Shown piece after piece: positions 38,747 to 48,863 of a stretch of DNA of 64,000 nt. The position numbers were made by a program, and so were the translations under genes. Source of the DNA: an uncultured Gemmatimonadota bacterium (lineage in GTDB: Bacteria > JAAXHH01). The notes beneath the pieces were generated by a model, which was given only the letters and a program-made list of their open reading frames with translations, was not told where the DNA came from and ran no database searches. Location: positions 1,376,001 through 1,440,000 of the forward strand of contig OX638340.1 in the NCBI GenBank assembly GCA_951812955.1, written 5' to 3'. The number at the start of each line of letters is the position of its first letter. The stretch's first letter is position 1.

Positions 38747-39691
38747 CTAGATGGGTATCTCGGTGCGCCATTCGGGAAAGCGGTCGTCGTTCCCCCGGAT
38801 GAGATCGTTGTAGGCAACGCGGAACTGCTGCGTAGCCGGACCGATGGAACCGTTCCCGATGTCGTAGTTGTCGATCGAAGCCACCGGCGTAACCTCTGCG
38901 CCGGTACCGCACAGAAACACCTCGTCTGCCGTATAAAGCTCCGTACGGTCGACTTCTCTTTCCACGACCGGCATCTCGAGGATGTCACGCCCGATCTTCA
39001 AAATCGTATCCCGGGTGACGCTCACCAGGATATCGGCCGTGACCGGCGGGGTGATTAGGACGCCGTCCTGGATCATCACCAGGCAGGCCCCCGGCGCCTC
39101 GCAGACCTTGCCGCGGTTGTTTAGCATGATCGCTTCGTCGAAACCCTTGAGCGTGGCGTCCGTCCACGCGATGGCGCTGTTGCGGTAGTTGGCCCAGCAC
39201 TTGATGCGGGCCGGGAGCGTATTGTCCGAAATACGCGTCCAGGAACTTACCGAACACCGGGCGCCGTCTTTTCTGCGCAGGTTGGAACTGTAGGGAAAGG
39301 TGTGGACGTAGACGTGGGCCGGACCCGCCATCTTGTTGAGATATACGTCGGGGGAGAAATACACGGTCGGGAATATGTAGACGTCCTCCCGGTAACCGTG
39401 GACCCGGCATAGCTCGAGGGAGCCGTTCCAGACTTCCTCCAGCGTGTACGGCGTTTCCATCCGCATCAGCTTGATCGACCGGTACAGGCGTTTCAGATGA
39501 TCTTCGAATCGGAAGACGAAGAGTTTCTCGCGGTCGTCGTTCCAGTAGGCCCGAATTCCCTCGAAGATAGCGTGAGCGAAAATGTGACCCTGCGTGACGT
39601 GCACCGTACCCTGGTCCCACGGGATCTGCTCCCCATCCAACCAGATGTACTTCGAATGTTCCTCACCCCACATCGTCTTCTTCGTGCCCAT
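38747..39691 (-). CDS. ilvE: Branched-chain-amino-acid aminotransferase (class IV PLP)
   Basis: 314 aa. Class IV aminotransferase motifs (…FEGIRAY…, …EVFLCGTGAEVTPV…). Confidence 0.85.
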   Translation of the reverse strand: MGTKKTMWGEEHSKYIWLDGEQIPWDQGTVHVTQGHIFAHAIFEGIRAYWNDDREKLFVFRFEDHLKRLYRSIKLMRMETPYTLEEVWNGSLELCRVHGYREDVYIFPTVYFSPDVYLNKMAGPAHVYVHTFPYSSNLRRKDGARCSVSSWTRISDNTLPARIKCWANYRNSAIAWTDATLKGFDEAIMLNNRGKVCEAPGACLVMIQDGVLITPPVTADILVSVTRDTILKIGRDILEMPVVEREVDRTELYTADEVFLCGTGAEVTPVASIDNYDIGNGSIGPATQQFRVAYNDLIRGNDDRFPEWRTEIPI

Positions 39692-39744
39692 GCCCGCGCT
39701 CCTTCAATTGGTTGATACGTGATTACCGGTCTATCGATACTTAC

Positions 39745-39903
39745 AGTCCGGGCGATTCCGTCTACGCCAGGTCCGGTTCCCGCCAGTCCGGGCAGTCCGG
39801 GCGATTCCGTCTACGCCAGGTCCGGTTCCCGCCAATCCGGGCGGTCCGGGCGGTCCGTCTACGCCAGGTCCGGTTCCCGCCAGTCCGGGCGGTCCGGGCG
39901 GTC
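39745..39903. repeat. ~49-nt GC-rich tandem repeat (gtccgggcgattccgtctacgccaggtccggttcccgccagtccgggc[ag]), ~3.3 copies
   Basis: Copies at 39745-39793 and 39794-39842, a shortened copy at 39843-39888, and a partial one after. It lies upstream of ilvE and overlaps the 3' end of ORF 39859-40167. Confidence 0.85.
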
Positions 39904-40167
39904 CAGGACATCGTCCCTCTGCAGCTCCTCCAGACGCGCGCGCCATTCGTATGCTTCCCGACTGAGTACCTCCACCCTGCGGCACGACATGCACCACTGG
40001 AGGAACAGCGGTTCGCCATCCCTCGAAACCGTGCGTATCGCTACCCAGAACTCCACGCCGTGCGGACAGCCCGCCTGGGTCCGCTGGAACTCGGGCAGGA
40101 TGTGATGGACCTTGTCTTCCGCCGGCGTCAGGCCGACAATGGTTTCTTCATAGGGCCTGATGGGCAT
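39859..40167 (-). CDS. Hypothetical small Cys/His-rich, zinc-binding-like protein. The 3' end is encoded by the tandem repeat.
   Basis: 102 aa. CPHG…CMSC ligand pattern. The C-terminal DRPDRPDWREPDLA tail is read from the repeat array. No family assignment. Confidence 0.3.
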   Translation of the reverse strand: MPIRPYEETIVGLTPAEDKVHHILPEFQRTQAGCPHGVEFWVAIRTVSRDGEPLFLQWCMSCRRVEVLSREAYEWRARLEELQRDDVLDRPDRPDWREPDLA

Positions 40168-40481
40168 ACTTTGCGATCCTGGCGAGAGACGAAGCGAACC
40201 TGGTAAGAGATCAGAAAACAGACTTGAAATCCAGTGTACTTAATAGACCGAACCCGCGTTCGTGTCAAGAGATATCCCATGAGGACCAACGGTCCCGTTC
40301 CGTGACGCATAGCACACTTTCGAGGTCTCGCTAAACCGTGGAACGACTCCGCTGCGCAACGCTTCGCCCGGCGCCGGTACCACCGGATTCGTCTTGACCG
40401 TTCGCGCCGTGCCGGGTTATTCTAACCGGCGTAAGCAAGTCCCTCTCCGTGCTTATTCAAAAATGAAATACAGGAGTGACT

Positions 40482-41450
40482 ATGGTCCACCATTTCGAAC
40501 CTACCCGATATTACACCAACATGGGTACCCATGAACCCGTCCTGCGCGTGAAGGACGGGGATACCGTCGTCACGTCGACGGTCGACGCCAGGGGAAAGGA
40601 CCGCACCGACACGCCCGTGACGCCCCCCGGCAACCCACAGACGGGACCCTTTCACGTCGACGGCGCCGAACCCGGGGACACGCTCGCCGTGCACCTGGAC
40701 ATGCTGACGCCCAACCGCCGATTCGGCTGGACGCGGCCTCTCGTGGCGCCTAATGTGCTCGATCCCGATTATGTGCGCGAGACCGCGGGGGAAATCGACA
40801 GCCGGGATGATTTGTGCCGCTGGGAAGTGGACCCGGACCATCGGACCGTCACGCTGGTCGAACCGGACGACACCCGACTCGGCCGGCTGGCCCTGCCCAT
40901 GGCGCCCATGACGGGATGCTTCGGCGTGGCACCGGATAAGGGACAGGCGATCTCAACCGCCACTTCCGCCAGCCACGGCGGCAATATGGACTACAGGGGA
41001 TTCGTGGAAGGCGTCACCGCCTATTTCCCCGTGTTTGCGTCCGGTGCGCTGTTTCACATCGGCGACGGCCACGCCGTGCAGGGAGACGGCGAGATCGTCG
41101 GCACCGGTGTCGAGATCTCCTTCGACGTACAGTTCACCTTCCGGGTGTTAAAGGGCAAGCGAAGCGCCTGGCCCCGCGGCGAAAATGCGGAGTACCTATT
41201 CACGGCGGGCAACGCCCGGCCCCTCGACCAGTGCGTTCAGCACGCGACCACCGAAATGTTGCGGTGGCTGCAGGCCGACTACGGCCTCGACCCCCGGGCC
41301 GCCCACACGCTGCTCGGTCAATGCGTCGAGTACGACATGGGCAACGTCTTCGATCCGGCATATACCATGGTGTGCAAGATCAGGAAAGACCTGCTCCGCG
41401 GACTGGGAATCGACACCCGGTCGGTGCATGACGAACTGGCGGGGACCTGA
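40482..41450 (+). CDS. Acetamidase/formamidase-family amidohydrolase (FmdA/AmdA)
   Basis: Start at MVHHFEPTRYY after a CAGGAG RBS. Strongly FmdA_AmdA-like throughout (…TVVTSTVDARGKD…, …GGNMDYRGF…, …IGDGHAVQGDGEI…). Confidence 0.8.
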   Translation: MVHHFEPTRYYTNMGTHEPVLRVKDGDTVVTSTVDARGKDRTDTPVTPPGNPQTGPFHVDGAEPGDTLAVHLDMLTPNRRFGWTRPLVAPNVLDPDYVRETAGEIDSRDDLCRWEVDPDHRTVTLVEPDDTRLGRLALPMAPMTGCFGVAPDKGQAISTATSASHGGNMDYRGFVEGVTAYFPVFASGALFHIGDGHAVQGDGEIVGTGVEISFDVQFTFRVLKGKRSAWPRGENAEYLFTAGNARPLDQCVQHATTEMLRWLQADYGLDPRAAHTLLGQCVEYDMGNVFDPAYTMVCKIRKDLLRGLGIDTRSVHDELAGT

Positions 41451-41592
41451 TCGACAGAAACACAATGGACCTGACTGGCAGATTCGAAGGAGTCCTGGCC
41501 GGCAGGTACAAAAGAAGCCGGCAGGCAGGCACAAGAGATACCTGACCGGCAGGCACAATGGGCATTCCAAATCATACAGAACGGAGCTTGTC

Positions 41593-42342
41593 ATGCATAG
41601 ACTCGAGGGACAGGTGGCCTGGGTCACCGGCGCGGGTACCGGCATCGGACGTGGAATCGCGATGGCCCTGGCGCGGGAAGGGGCGGACGTGATACTCTCC
41701 AGCAGGCGGCGCGAGCCGCTTGCAGAGGTTGCCGGACAGGTGGAGGCCGCAGGACGGCGCGCAGCCGTGGCCCCCATGGACGTGACCGACAGGGACCAGG
41801 TCCGCGAAGCGGTCGCCGCGGCGGAGGAACGGCTGGGCCCCGTGTCGGTCCTGGTGAACAACGCCGGCGTCAATACGCCCCTTCGCACCGCCACCGAGAT
41901 GGCGGTGGAGGACTGGGACCTGGTCGTGGACATCAACCTGACGGGTGCGTTTAACTGTTTTCGCGCGGTTTACGAACAGATGAAGGCCCGCGGCGAAGGC
42001 AACATAATCAACGTGGCGTCCATGGCCGGACGCCAGGTTTCCCTCCTAGGAGGAGCCGCTTACTGCGCGTCCAAGCACGGCATGGTCTCGCTGACCCATT
42101 CGATCAACCTGGAAGCCGCAGAATTCGGTCTCCGAGCCTGCGCCATCCTGCCGGGCGAAGTGAAAACACCCATCCTGAAAAACCGGCCCCAGCCCGTATC
42201 GGAAAAGCGTCTGACCTTGATGCTCACGCCCGATGACATCGCGAATACGGTCGTATTCGTCCTTTGCCAGCCCGCCCACGTGGTCATACCCGAGATGTGG
42301 GTCATGCCCGCCTACCAGGTATCGGCGCAGCCCCTTCCATGA
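41593..42342 (+). CDS. SDR-family short-chain dehydrogenase/reductase
   Basis: Start at MHRLEGQ after an [19 protein letters not shown] Rossmann motif, NNAG, and the YCASK catalytic motif. Confidence 0.85.
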   Translation: MHRLEGQVAWVTGAGTGIGRGIAMALAREGADVILSSRRREPLAEVAGQVEAAGRRAAVAPMDVTDRDQVREAVAAAEERLGPVSVLVNNAGVNTPLRTATEMAVEDWDLVVDINLTGAFNCFRAVYEQMKARGEGNIINVASMAGRQVSLLGGAAYCASKHGMVSLTHSINLEAAEFGLRACAILPGEVKTPILKNRPQPVSEKRLTLMLTPDDIANTVVFVLCQPAHVVIPEMWVMPAYQVSAQPLP

Positions 42343-42440
42343 CACCCTTCCTAAGCGCGGCATCGGGTCTCTCCCAGGATCCTGGAAGGCCTGTTTGCGA
42401 TTGACAGCGACCCGGCGTTGGCGTAATTTCGAGAGGGCAC

Positions 42441-42545
42441 TGAAGCCGTGTCCGGGCCTGAAGCCGTGTCCGGGCCTGAAGCCGTGTCCGGGCCTGAAGC
42501 CGCGGCCGGGCCTGAAGCCGCGTCCGGGCCTGAAGCCGCGTCGAC
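42441..42545. repeat. 18-nt tandem repeat (tgaagccgtgtccgggcc, ~6 copies) immediately upstream of, and in frame with, the sigma-54 regulator gene
   Basis: Three perfect copies at 42441-42494, then gcggcc/gcgtcc variants. Would encode (PEAVSG)n if translated. Confidence 0.9.
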
Positions 42546-42573
42546 CTTTCCCTTGCCATCCACACCTTATACC

Positions 42574-44229
42574 ATGAACGGTCCGACAGAATCCGTCATC
42601 CTGCTGGTTGAAGGTTCCTCCCGCGGTCGGGACGAAAAACACTACGGCCTGACTCAGCGCGGTTACCAGGTGATCGCCGTGGAGAGCAGCGACCATGCGC
42701 TCAATGTCCTTGCCGCGGAATCCCCGGATGTCATCATATCGGACCTCAACGCACCGGGCATAGACGGTCTGCGCCTGATGGGCGTCGCACTCGGCAGGAA
42801 TCCGGAGGTCGGCGTAATCCTGACGACGGAACCCGGTTCCATGGGCCTGGCCGTCGCCGCCATGAAGGAGGGAGCATACGACGTACTGGAAACACCCGTG
42901 TACGTTGAAAAGCTCGCGGCCGAGATCGAAAAGATCCTGGACCGGCAGCGCATCGTTCAGGAAAACCGGAAACTTCTGCACCAGTTGGACAACCGGTATG
43001 GGTTCGAGAACATCGTGGGACGGTCCGCGTCCATGCAGCGCATACGAGAGCAGATTCTGCAGATCGCCGATACCCAGTCCACGGTGTTGATCTTCGGTGA
43101 GAGCGGCACTGGCAAGGAACTGGTGGCCCATGCCCTGCACCACGGCAGTTCCCGCCGGAACAAGTCCTTTGTGCCCGTATTCTGCAACGCCCTCTCGGAA
43201 GGGGTGATCGAAAGCGAACTGTTCGGCCACGAAAGAGGCGCTTTCACGAATGCGGTCAAGACGTACAAGGGACGGTTTGAACTGGCTGACGGCGGCTCGC
43301 TTTTTCTCGACGAGGTGGGTGAACTTGCGCCGTCCACGCAGGTGAAGCTGCTGAGGGTCCTGCAGGAACGCAAGTTCCAGCGGGTGGGCAACGGGAACTG
43401 GCTCAGGACGGACACGCGGGTCATCGCGGCGACGAACCGGGACCTGGAAGCCGAAATCGAAAACGGGCGCTTCCGGGAAGACCTCTATTACCGACTGAGA
43501 GTCGTGACCATCTCTCTCCCTCCCCTGCGAGAGCGTAAAGAAGACCTGCCCCTGCTGATCGATCACTGCATTCGACGCTTCAGCGAACGGGAGAACAAAC
43601 CTATCGAGCGTATCGACCCGCAGGCCCTGGAACTGCTGTCGACCTACCACTGGCCGGGAAACGTGCGGCAACTGGAGAACTGCATCGAGGGCATGATCGT
43701 CATGGGCACCGGGAAAACACTGACCGTGGAGGACGTCCCGGAATTCATACGGCATACACGGTCGGAATCTCCAGCGGTCCCGTTGAACGACGACCCGGAG
43801 CGCCGGGACGACATCTCGCCGGACTTCATCCGCTACCTGGCCGGTAAAATCGCCGAACAGCGCAATGTGCCCGTGCGAAGCCTCACCGACGGAGCCCTGG
43901 CCGTACTTTCCGCGATCGACTGGTCGGAGGACGGCGGATCGCTGCGCCGCTGTCTGGAAACCATGGTTTTGCTCGCCGACGGGGCCGCCCTGGACGTGGA
44001 GGACATCCCGGTGGAGTTTCTGCTCGTCCGTTCCGGCCGTCCTGATGAGGGTGGAGAGGACGCAGACGGGGTGGACATCAGGGTGGGCATGTCGATGAAG
44101 GAAAGCGAACGGCGGCTGATCGCTGCGACCCTGGCCGCATGCGGCCGGAACAAGGCGCGGACCGCGCGGGTACTGCAGATCGGCCAGCGCACCCTCTTTC
44201 GGAAAATAAAGGCCTATCACCTGGAATAG
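42574..44229 (+). CDS. Sigma-54-dependent Fis-family response regulator (NtrC-type enhancer-binding protein)
   Basis: Start chosen at [14 protein letters not shown]; the ORF track extends into the repeat at 42448. Receiver domain with phospho-Asp context ([11 protein letters not shown]); AAA+ sigma54-interaction motifs ([31 protein letters not shown]); C-terminal Fis HTH. Confidence 0.8.
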   Translation: MNGPTESVILLVEGSSRGRDEKHYGLTQRGYQVIAVESSDHALNVLAAESPDVIISDLNAPGIDGLRLMGVALGRNPEVGVILTTEPGSMGLAVAAMKEGAYDVLETPVYVEKLAAEIEKILDRQRIVQENRKLLHQLDNRYGFENIVGRSASMQRIREQILQIADTQSTVLIFGESGTGKELVAHALHHGSSRRNKSFVPVFCNALSEGVIESELFGHERGAFTNAVKTYKGRFELADGGSLFLDEVGELAPSTQVKLLRVLQERKFQRVGNGNWLRTDTRVIAATNRDLEAEIENGRFREDLYYRLRVVTISLPPLRERKEDLPLLIDHCIRRFSERENKPIERIDPQALELLSTYHWPGNVRQLENCIEGMIVMGTGKTLTVEDVPEFIRHTRSESPAVPLNDDPERRDDISPDFIRYLAGKIAEQRNVPVRSLTDGALAVLSAIDWSEDGGSLRRCLETMVLLADGAALDVEDIPVEFLLVRSGRPDEGGEDADGVDIRVGMSMKESERRLIAATLAACGRNKARTARVLQIGQRTLFRKIKAYHLE

Positions 44230-44250
44230 TGTTTGCCGAGGAGTCCCGCA

Positions 44251-45816
44251 TTGGAAGGTCGGACGATACTTGTCGTCGACGGCGAAGAAGACAGCCGGCG
44301 CCACGCGGCGCGCATCCTGCGGGATGGGGGGTACGACGTGCAGGAGACCGGCGCCGCGGCCGAGGCGCTGAGCACGATGAGGAAGGACCCGCCGGATGCC
44401 GTCCTCATCGATCTCGCCTTGAGCGACGCCGATCCGGAACGATTGATACGCACCATTTCGGGGAAATACCCCGATATCGATATCGTTCTCACCACGCGGC
44501 AGCGCAAGGCGCCCGGCCAGTACCGCCGGCTCGACGTCAGCGACTATATCGAGAAACCGGCCGATGCCGGGGAACTGTTGACCAAGATGCGCATGCTGGA
44601 CCTGCGCCGTGAGTTTCACCGGCGGTTCCAGCTCGTTGGCAGGGACGAGCGCTTCATCGCTGCCATGGAATCGGTGCTCCAGGTGGCGCCCACGGGAATC
44701 CAGGTCCTGCTCACCGGAGAAAGCGGCACCGGCAAGGAGGGATTCGCCCGGGCGATACACCACTACAGCGATCGACGGGACGGGCCCTTCATTCCTATAA
44801 ACTGCGGCGCCATTGCCGAAGGCGTGTTGGAAAGCGAGCTGTTCGGCCACGAAAAAGGCGCGTTTACAGACGCCAAGGGCCAGCGTAAGGGATACTTCGA
44901 ACAGGCCGACGGCGGCACGCTGCTTCTCGACGAAATCGGCGATATGCCCCGTTCCACACAGGTGAAGCTGCTGCGCGTCCTGGAGCAGCAGGAATTCATC
45001 CGGGTCGGCGGCTCGACACCGGTGAAGACCGACGTCCGCCTGGTCGCCTCGACCAATCGGGATCTCGCGGAGGACATCAGGGACGGGACGTTTCGTCAGG
45101 ATCTATACTACCGGCTCAACGCGGTGAACATCCACTTGCCCGCGCTGCGTGAACGCCGCGAGGACATTCCCAGGCTGATTCACCACTTCATCCACGCGGC
45201 ACAGGAAAAGCACGGCGTGTCACCTCCCGTTTTCACGGAGGAAGCCCTGGCGACCCTCAAGGACTACGAATGGCCGGGCAACATCCGGGAACTGCGGCAC
45301 CTGGTCGAGTCCCTCGTGGTCACGTCGGGCAAATCCAGGATCGAAGCGGAAGACCTGCCGGATGCGATCTACACGCCGCCCATGGATAACCGCGCCCTGC
45401 CCGTCCCGCAGCACCGGAACCCGGATGACATGGACCGGGAGATGTTCTACAAGATCCTCTGGCAGATCCTGACCGCCATCCACGAGCTCCCCGCCAAGAT
45501 CTCCGCGGCCATTGGCGGCCGAGGCCCCGATGTGCTTCCCGATCGATTTCAACTGCCGCCCCCGGGAGAAGCGGAGCAGGACGACGGACCGCCCTCAGGG
45601 GAAGCTGGACCTGGCTTGGAACGGCCGGCCGTGGTGGTTTCGAGCGATGACGAACTGGACCGGCTGCGCTCGATGGAAGACTGGGAGCGGGAGGCCATCC
45701 GGCGGGCGCTAGAGCGCAATGGCGGGCACAGGGGCCGGGCCGCCCGGGAACTCGGCATCAGCGAGCGGTCAATCTACCGCAAGATCCGGGACTACGGCCT
45801 GGACGAATACGCCTGA
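44251..45816 (+). CDS. Sigma-54-dependent Fis-family response regulator, a second NtrC-type enhancer-binding protein in tandem
   Basis: A TTG start at 44251 has a GAGGAG RBS 7 nt upstream; the ORF-track start is 44233. Receiver (ILVVDGEED…VLIDLALSD), [23 protein letters not shown]-terminal HTH (…ARELGISERSIYRKI). Confidence 0.8.
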   Translation: MEGRTILVVDGEEDSRRHAARILRDGGYDVQETGAAAEALSTMRKDPPDAVLIDLALSDADPERLIRTISGKYPDIDIVLTTRQRKAPGQYRRLDVSDYIEKPADAGELLTKMRMLDLRREFHRRFQLVGRDERFIAAMESVLQVAPTGIQVLLTGESGTGKEGFARAIHHYSDRRDGPFIPINCGAIAEGVLESELFGHEKGAFTDAKGQRKGYFEQADGGTLLLDEIGDMPRSTQVKLLRVLEQQEFIRVGGSTPVKTDVRLVASTNRDLAEDIRDGTFRQDLYYRLNAVNIHLPALRERREDIPRLIHHFIHAAQEKHGVSPPVFTEEALATLKDYEWPGNIRELRHLVESLVVTSGKSRIEAEDLPDAIYTPPMDNRALPVPQHRNPDDMDREMFYKILWQILTAIHELPAKISAAIGGRGPDVLPDRFQLPPPGEAEQDDGPPSGEAGPGLERPAVVVSSDDELDRLRSMEDWEREAIRRALERNGGHRGRAARELGISERSIYRKIRDYGLDEYA

Positions 45817-45922
45817 TCCTTTCAGCCGATGCGCCCGGCGAAAATGCTTGACAAATCGCCCGTAAAGTACCGAATTTGGCTGGAAGCATTTTAAACTCAT
45901 TACCGCGAAAGGAGCAGCGAAA

Positions 45923-46246
45923 GTGGGAAATCCAACAGCGATCACAGACGACCAATTCGAGACCGAAGTAATCAACAGCAGCACGCCTGTACTGGTCGAT
46001 TTCTGGGCGGAATGGTGCGGGCCCTGCAAGGCCGTCGCCCCCACGCTTGTCGAGCTGGCGGGCGACTATGACGGACGCTTGAAAATCGTCAAGGTCGACG
46101 TGGACGAAAACCGGGAAGCAGCCACCCGTTTCGGTATCCGGAGTATTCCGAGCCTGTTGATATTCAAGGACGGGGCCGAAGTGGACCGGATTATCGGCGC
46201 GCTCCCCAAGCAGCAACTCGCCGAAAAGATCGACGGTCATCTGTAG
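45923..46246 (+). CDS. trxA: Thioredoxin
   Basis: 107 aa. WAEWCGPCK active site. GTG start with GGAG RBS. Confidence 0.9.
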   Translation: MGNPTAITDDQFETEVINSSTPVLVDFWAEWCGPCKAVAPTLVELAGDYDGRLKIVKVDVDENREAATRFGIRSIPSLLIFKDGAEVDRIIGALPKQQLAEKIDGHL

Positions 46247-47099
46247 CAATTATGTGTCAGTAGTGTTTTTTTTGTCCTCTTGCTTTGAGATGCGTGACCA
46301 TAGGCTACTTACATAACACCCAAAGATACTAATCTATCGTAATTGATGTATCTTAGGAGTTGTGGTGTAACCAATTGATATTTTTATATTTAAGTTAAAA
46401 ACCCATTTGAGTTCTGCCTTTGCGAGAGGCTATGTATAACTTAGGTCTAGTAATCAATTTATATAAACTCCATCAGACTACTCCAAACAGTCCATCCACA
46501 CACCCCCGTAACCATACCCTCCAGTTTTTCCGTTTCTAGCCCCACGACGCAATAAACACTCCATATAAAATCTAACGACTATTCTGTCTTCGTACCGCGG
46601 CAATGTGATCTATATCCAAGTATTGGCTATATCGGTACTGTTCTATAGATCCTTACATTTGATTCAATGGCCTAAGCACTAGCTTCTACACCGTACCATA
46701 ATACCAGATGGCGTAATATTGCGCGTCAGACTGAGTTATCGATTTGCCGTTTTAAAGACAGTATGGGGTTTTACCTGTGGTGGCGAAAATAACAACCAAT
46801 GCCTACCAGCTTGTTATTTCTACTTGATTGCAATCGTTTAAATTAAGTTTGGCTATTTATGGCGAATAAAAGTGGATATTGTCTCAAAATGATATATTAG
46901 GTAAAAATAATCAACTTTAAATTATGACAGTATAAACTGTATAAATTATTGTAATTAGATTCTATTAGTGTTGTTAATTGATTTATTCTGTATGCAGGTG
47001 ATGATATTTTGATCTTGACTTAAGATTATGGATCATTTTATTTAGTGCAGTCATAGTTGGAAATATCACATTGACCGATCATCCAGGGAGGATTACATC

Positions 47100-47522
47100 A
47101 TGGAAGGGTCAGATAGGAGAAGAGATGAGGATTATGTTAATATGCAACGCTTCGTTAAACTTGAACAAAGAGTTGAGAAGCTGGAGCTGTTATTCAACGA
47201 TAAACCATCGGTGCCAATTAAGCCAAAGAAGGAAACATTGCGTGAGTTTATTAAAGGAAAACAGCCACGAAATGATGTAGAAAGAACTATATGCATCCTT
47301 TACTACCGTGAGTTGACAGAAGGCATGGGCGAAACAACTTCCACTGACTTGAAAAATGGATTTAGGCACGCGCGGGAAAAGGTGCCAGCAAATGTATCCG
47401 CTAAACTGGGATTATGCGCTAAGAGAGGGTTCATTGACAGCGTTAGGGAAGAAAAAGGAAAGATCTACTGGTCGATAACAAATACTGGTATTGATTTTGT
47501 GGATGGGCTTAAAACGGAGTGA
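47100..47522 (+). CDS. Hypothetical protein A of a three-gene island cassette. It has a coiled-coil N-terminus and a C-terminal winged-helix-like domain.
   Basis: 140 aa. GGGAGG RBS 8 nt upstream of the ATG. The C-terminal KGKQPRNDVERTICILYY…GFIDSV…IYWSITNTG segment is paralogous to protein B. Confidence 0.5.
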   Translation: MEGSDRRRDEDYVNMQRFVKLEQRVEKLELLFNDKPSVPIKPKKETLREFIKGKQPRNDVERTICILYYRELTEGMGETTSTDLKNGFRHAREKVPANVSAKLGLCAKRGFIDSVREEKGKIYWSITNTGIDFVDGLKTE

Positions 47523-47529
47523 TGAACCT

Positions 47530-48057
47530 ATGAACCTTGTAGATATTGTTAAACAATCTGAAAATGTTGTGGAAGAAAGCAAGGTTAGTGAGGAATATCG
47601 GGCCACTGCCTTTAAAACTGTATTGGAGTTTCTATTAAGTAACAATGATCCATCGATGGACGCACATTCTTCAAACAACATTATTGTAGACCGGACTCAA
47701 GTAACTGTAGTTGAAAACGGTGATTATGAGGAACTTATAGCTGTTAAACAGCCAAAAAACGATTATGAAATCGTAGCCTGCATCGTATATCACTTAACTG
47801 GTGGGATTGTATCAAATTCAGTTACTAGAGTTGAGTTGCTAGATTACATACATCAGAACCCGGGAAACCTTAAAGGTCTTAAGAATCTGAGTGGCGTTAT
47901 TAAGCATACAAGAAGTAATCCATATTATGGATACATAGAAAATGTTAAAGATGCTGAAGAATCCAGTTTTCGACTTTCTGCTCGAGGAAAACAGTTGATA
48001 GATCGATTGCCTGGTAGAGAAGATAAAAAACGTGTAAGATCTACTACTAAAAACTGA
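47530..48057 (+). CDS. Hypothetical protein B of the three-gene cassette, with a C-terminal winged-helix-like domain paralogous to protein A
   Basis: Start at MNLVDIV (GGAG RBS); the ORF track starts at 47491. It shares the KQPxNDxE…CI[LV]Y…T…[DE]L… block with protein A. Confidence 0.5.
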   Translation: MNLVDIVKQSENVVEESKVSEEYRATAFKTVLEFLLSNNDPSMDAHSSNNIIVDRTQVTVVENGDYEELIAVKQPKNDYEIVACIVYHLTGGIVSNSVTRVELLDYIHQNPGNLKGLKNLSGVIKHTRSNPYYGYIENVKDAEESSFRLSARGKQLIDRLPGREDKKRVRSTTKN

Positions 48058-48074
48058 GTCTACTGGAGTTCTTA

Positions 48075-48863
48075 ATGGATTTAATGGTCAAAGATGTAGA
48101 AACTATACTTGTCTCGACTTTTAAGCGAAATTATGTCCATTCCGTGTTAAATCATTATACAAAAGCAGTTGAAGGTTTTGTCTGTAGAAACTGGGATTCT
48201 GCACTGACTAATGCTGGAAAATTCGTGGAAGCATCATTGAAAGTACTATGTTCATTTACAGGGAGCGAAGTACCCGGAGGTCCGAAGTTTAAAGTTGATA
48301 AGGCTATCGTTTCTCTTGAGCAAACTAATGCAGATACTGATCGATCTGTAAGACTAACTATACCACGAGCTTGTCGGTTTCTTTTTGATATAGTCAGTAA
48401 TCGTGGCGCTCGACATGACTCCGACGAATTTACCCCATCTAAAGCAGATGCAAGTGTAGTATTACCAACTATTTCATGGATTCTTGCGGAAATGTTACGT
48501 CTAGCTAGCAGGAACGTATCTGATAGTGGTAAGGTCGAAGAATTGATTGATCAAATCACAGCAAAAAAGAACCCAATCTACGAAACTATCGACGGCAGGA
48601 CGTATGTAAACCACCCTGGACTTTCTTTAAACAAAATAGCAATGTTATTACTGTATAAAGCCTATCCTAGAAGGATTCTTAGGAGAGACCTAGCAGAACA
48701 ACTCAAACTTAATAATAGCAGTTCCAAAAAACCTGCGATCAGAATGGCTTTGACACGTCTTAAAGACATTGTGGATGAAAACGATAGTGGAATGGTTATA
48801 CGTCAAAATGGCAGAGAACAAGCTGAAACATTGATCTCCTTTATAAGTACAGACGGTCATTAA
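48075..48863 (+). CDS. Hypothetical protein C of the three-gene cassette: an N-terminal alpha-helical domain with an RNRGARHDSDEF segment, and a C-terminal winged-helix
   Basis: 262 aa, GGAG RBS. The C-terminus …LNKIAMLLLYKAYPRRILRRDLAEQLKL…AIRMALTRLKD… is a classic wHTH. The N-terminal domain has no confident family match. Confidence 0.5.
   Translation: MDLMVKDVETILVSTFKRNYVHSVLNHYTKAVEGFVCRNWDSALTNAGKFVEASLKVLCSFTGSEVPGGPKFKVDKAIVSLEQTNADTDRSVRLTIPRACRFLFDIVSNRGARHDSDEFTPSKADASVVLPTISWILAEMLRLASRNVSDSGKVEELIDQITAKKNPIYETIDGRTYVNHPGLSLNKIAMLLLYKAYPRRILRRDLAEQLKLNNSSSKKPAIRMALTRLKDIVDENDSGMVIRQNGREQAETLISFISTDGH

Noticed and set aside
42046-44850. 934-aa ORF on the minus strand spanning the SDR gene and both sigma-54 regulators
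   Set aside because: Antisense to three well-supported plus-strand genes. It is a long stop-free frame typical of 65% GC DNA.
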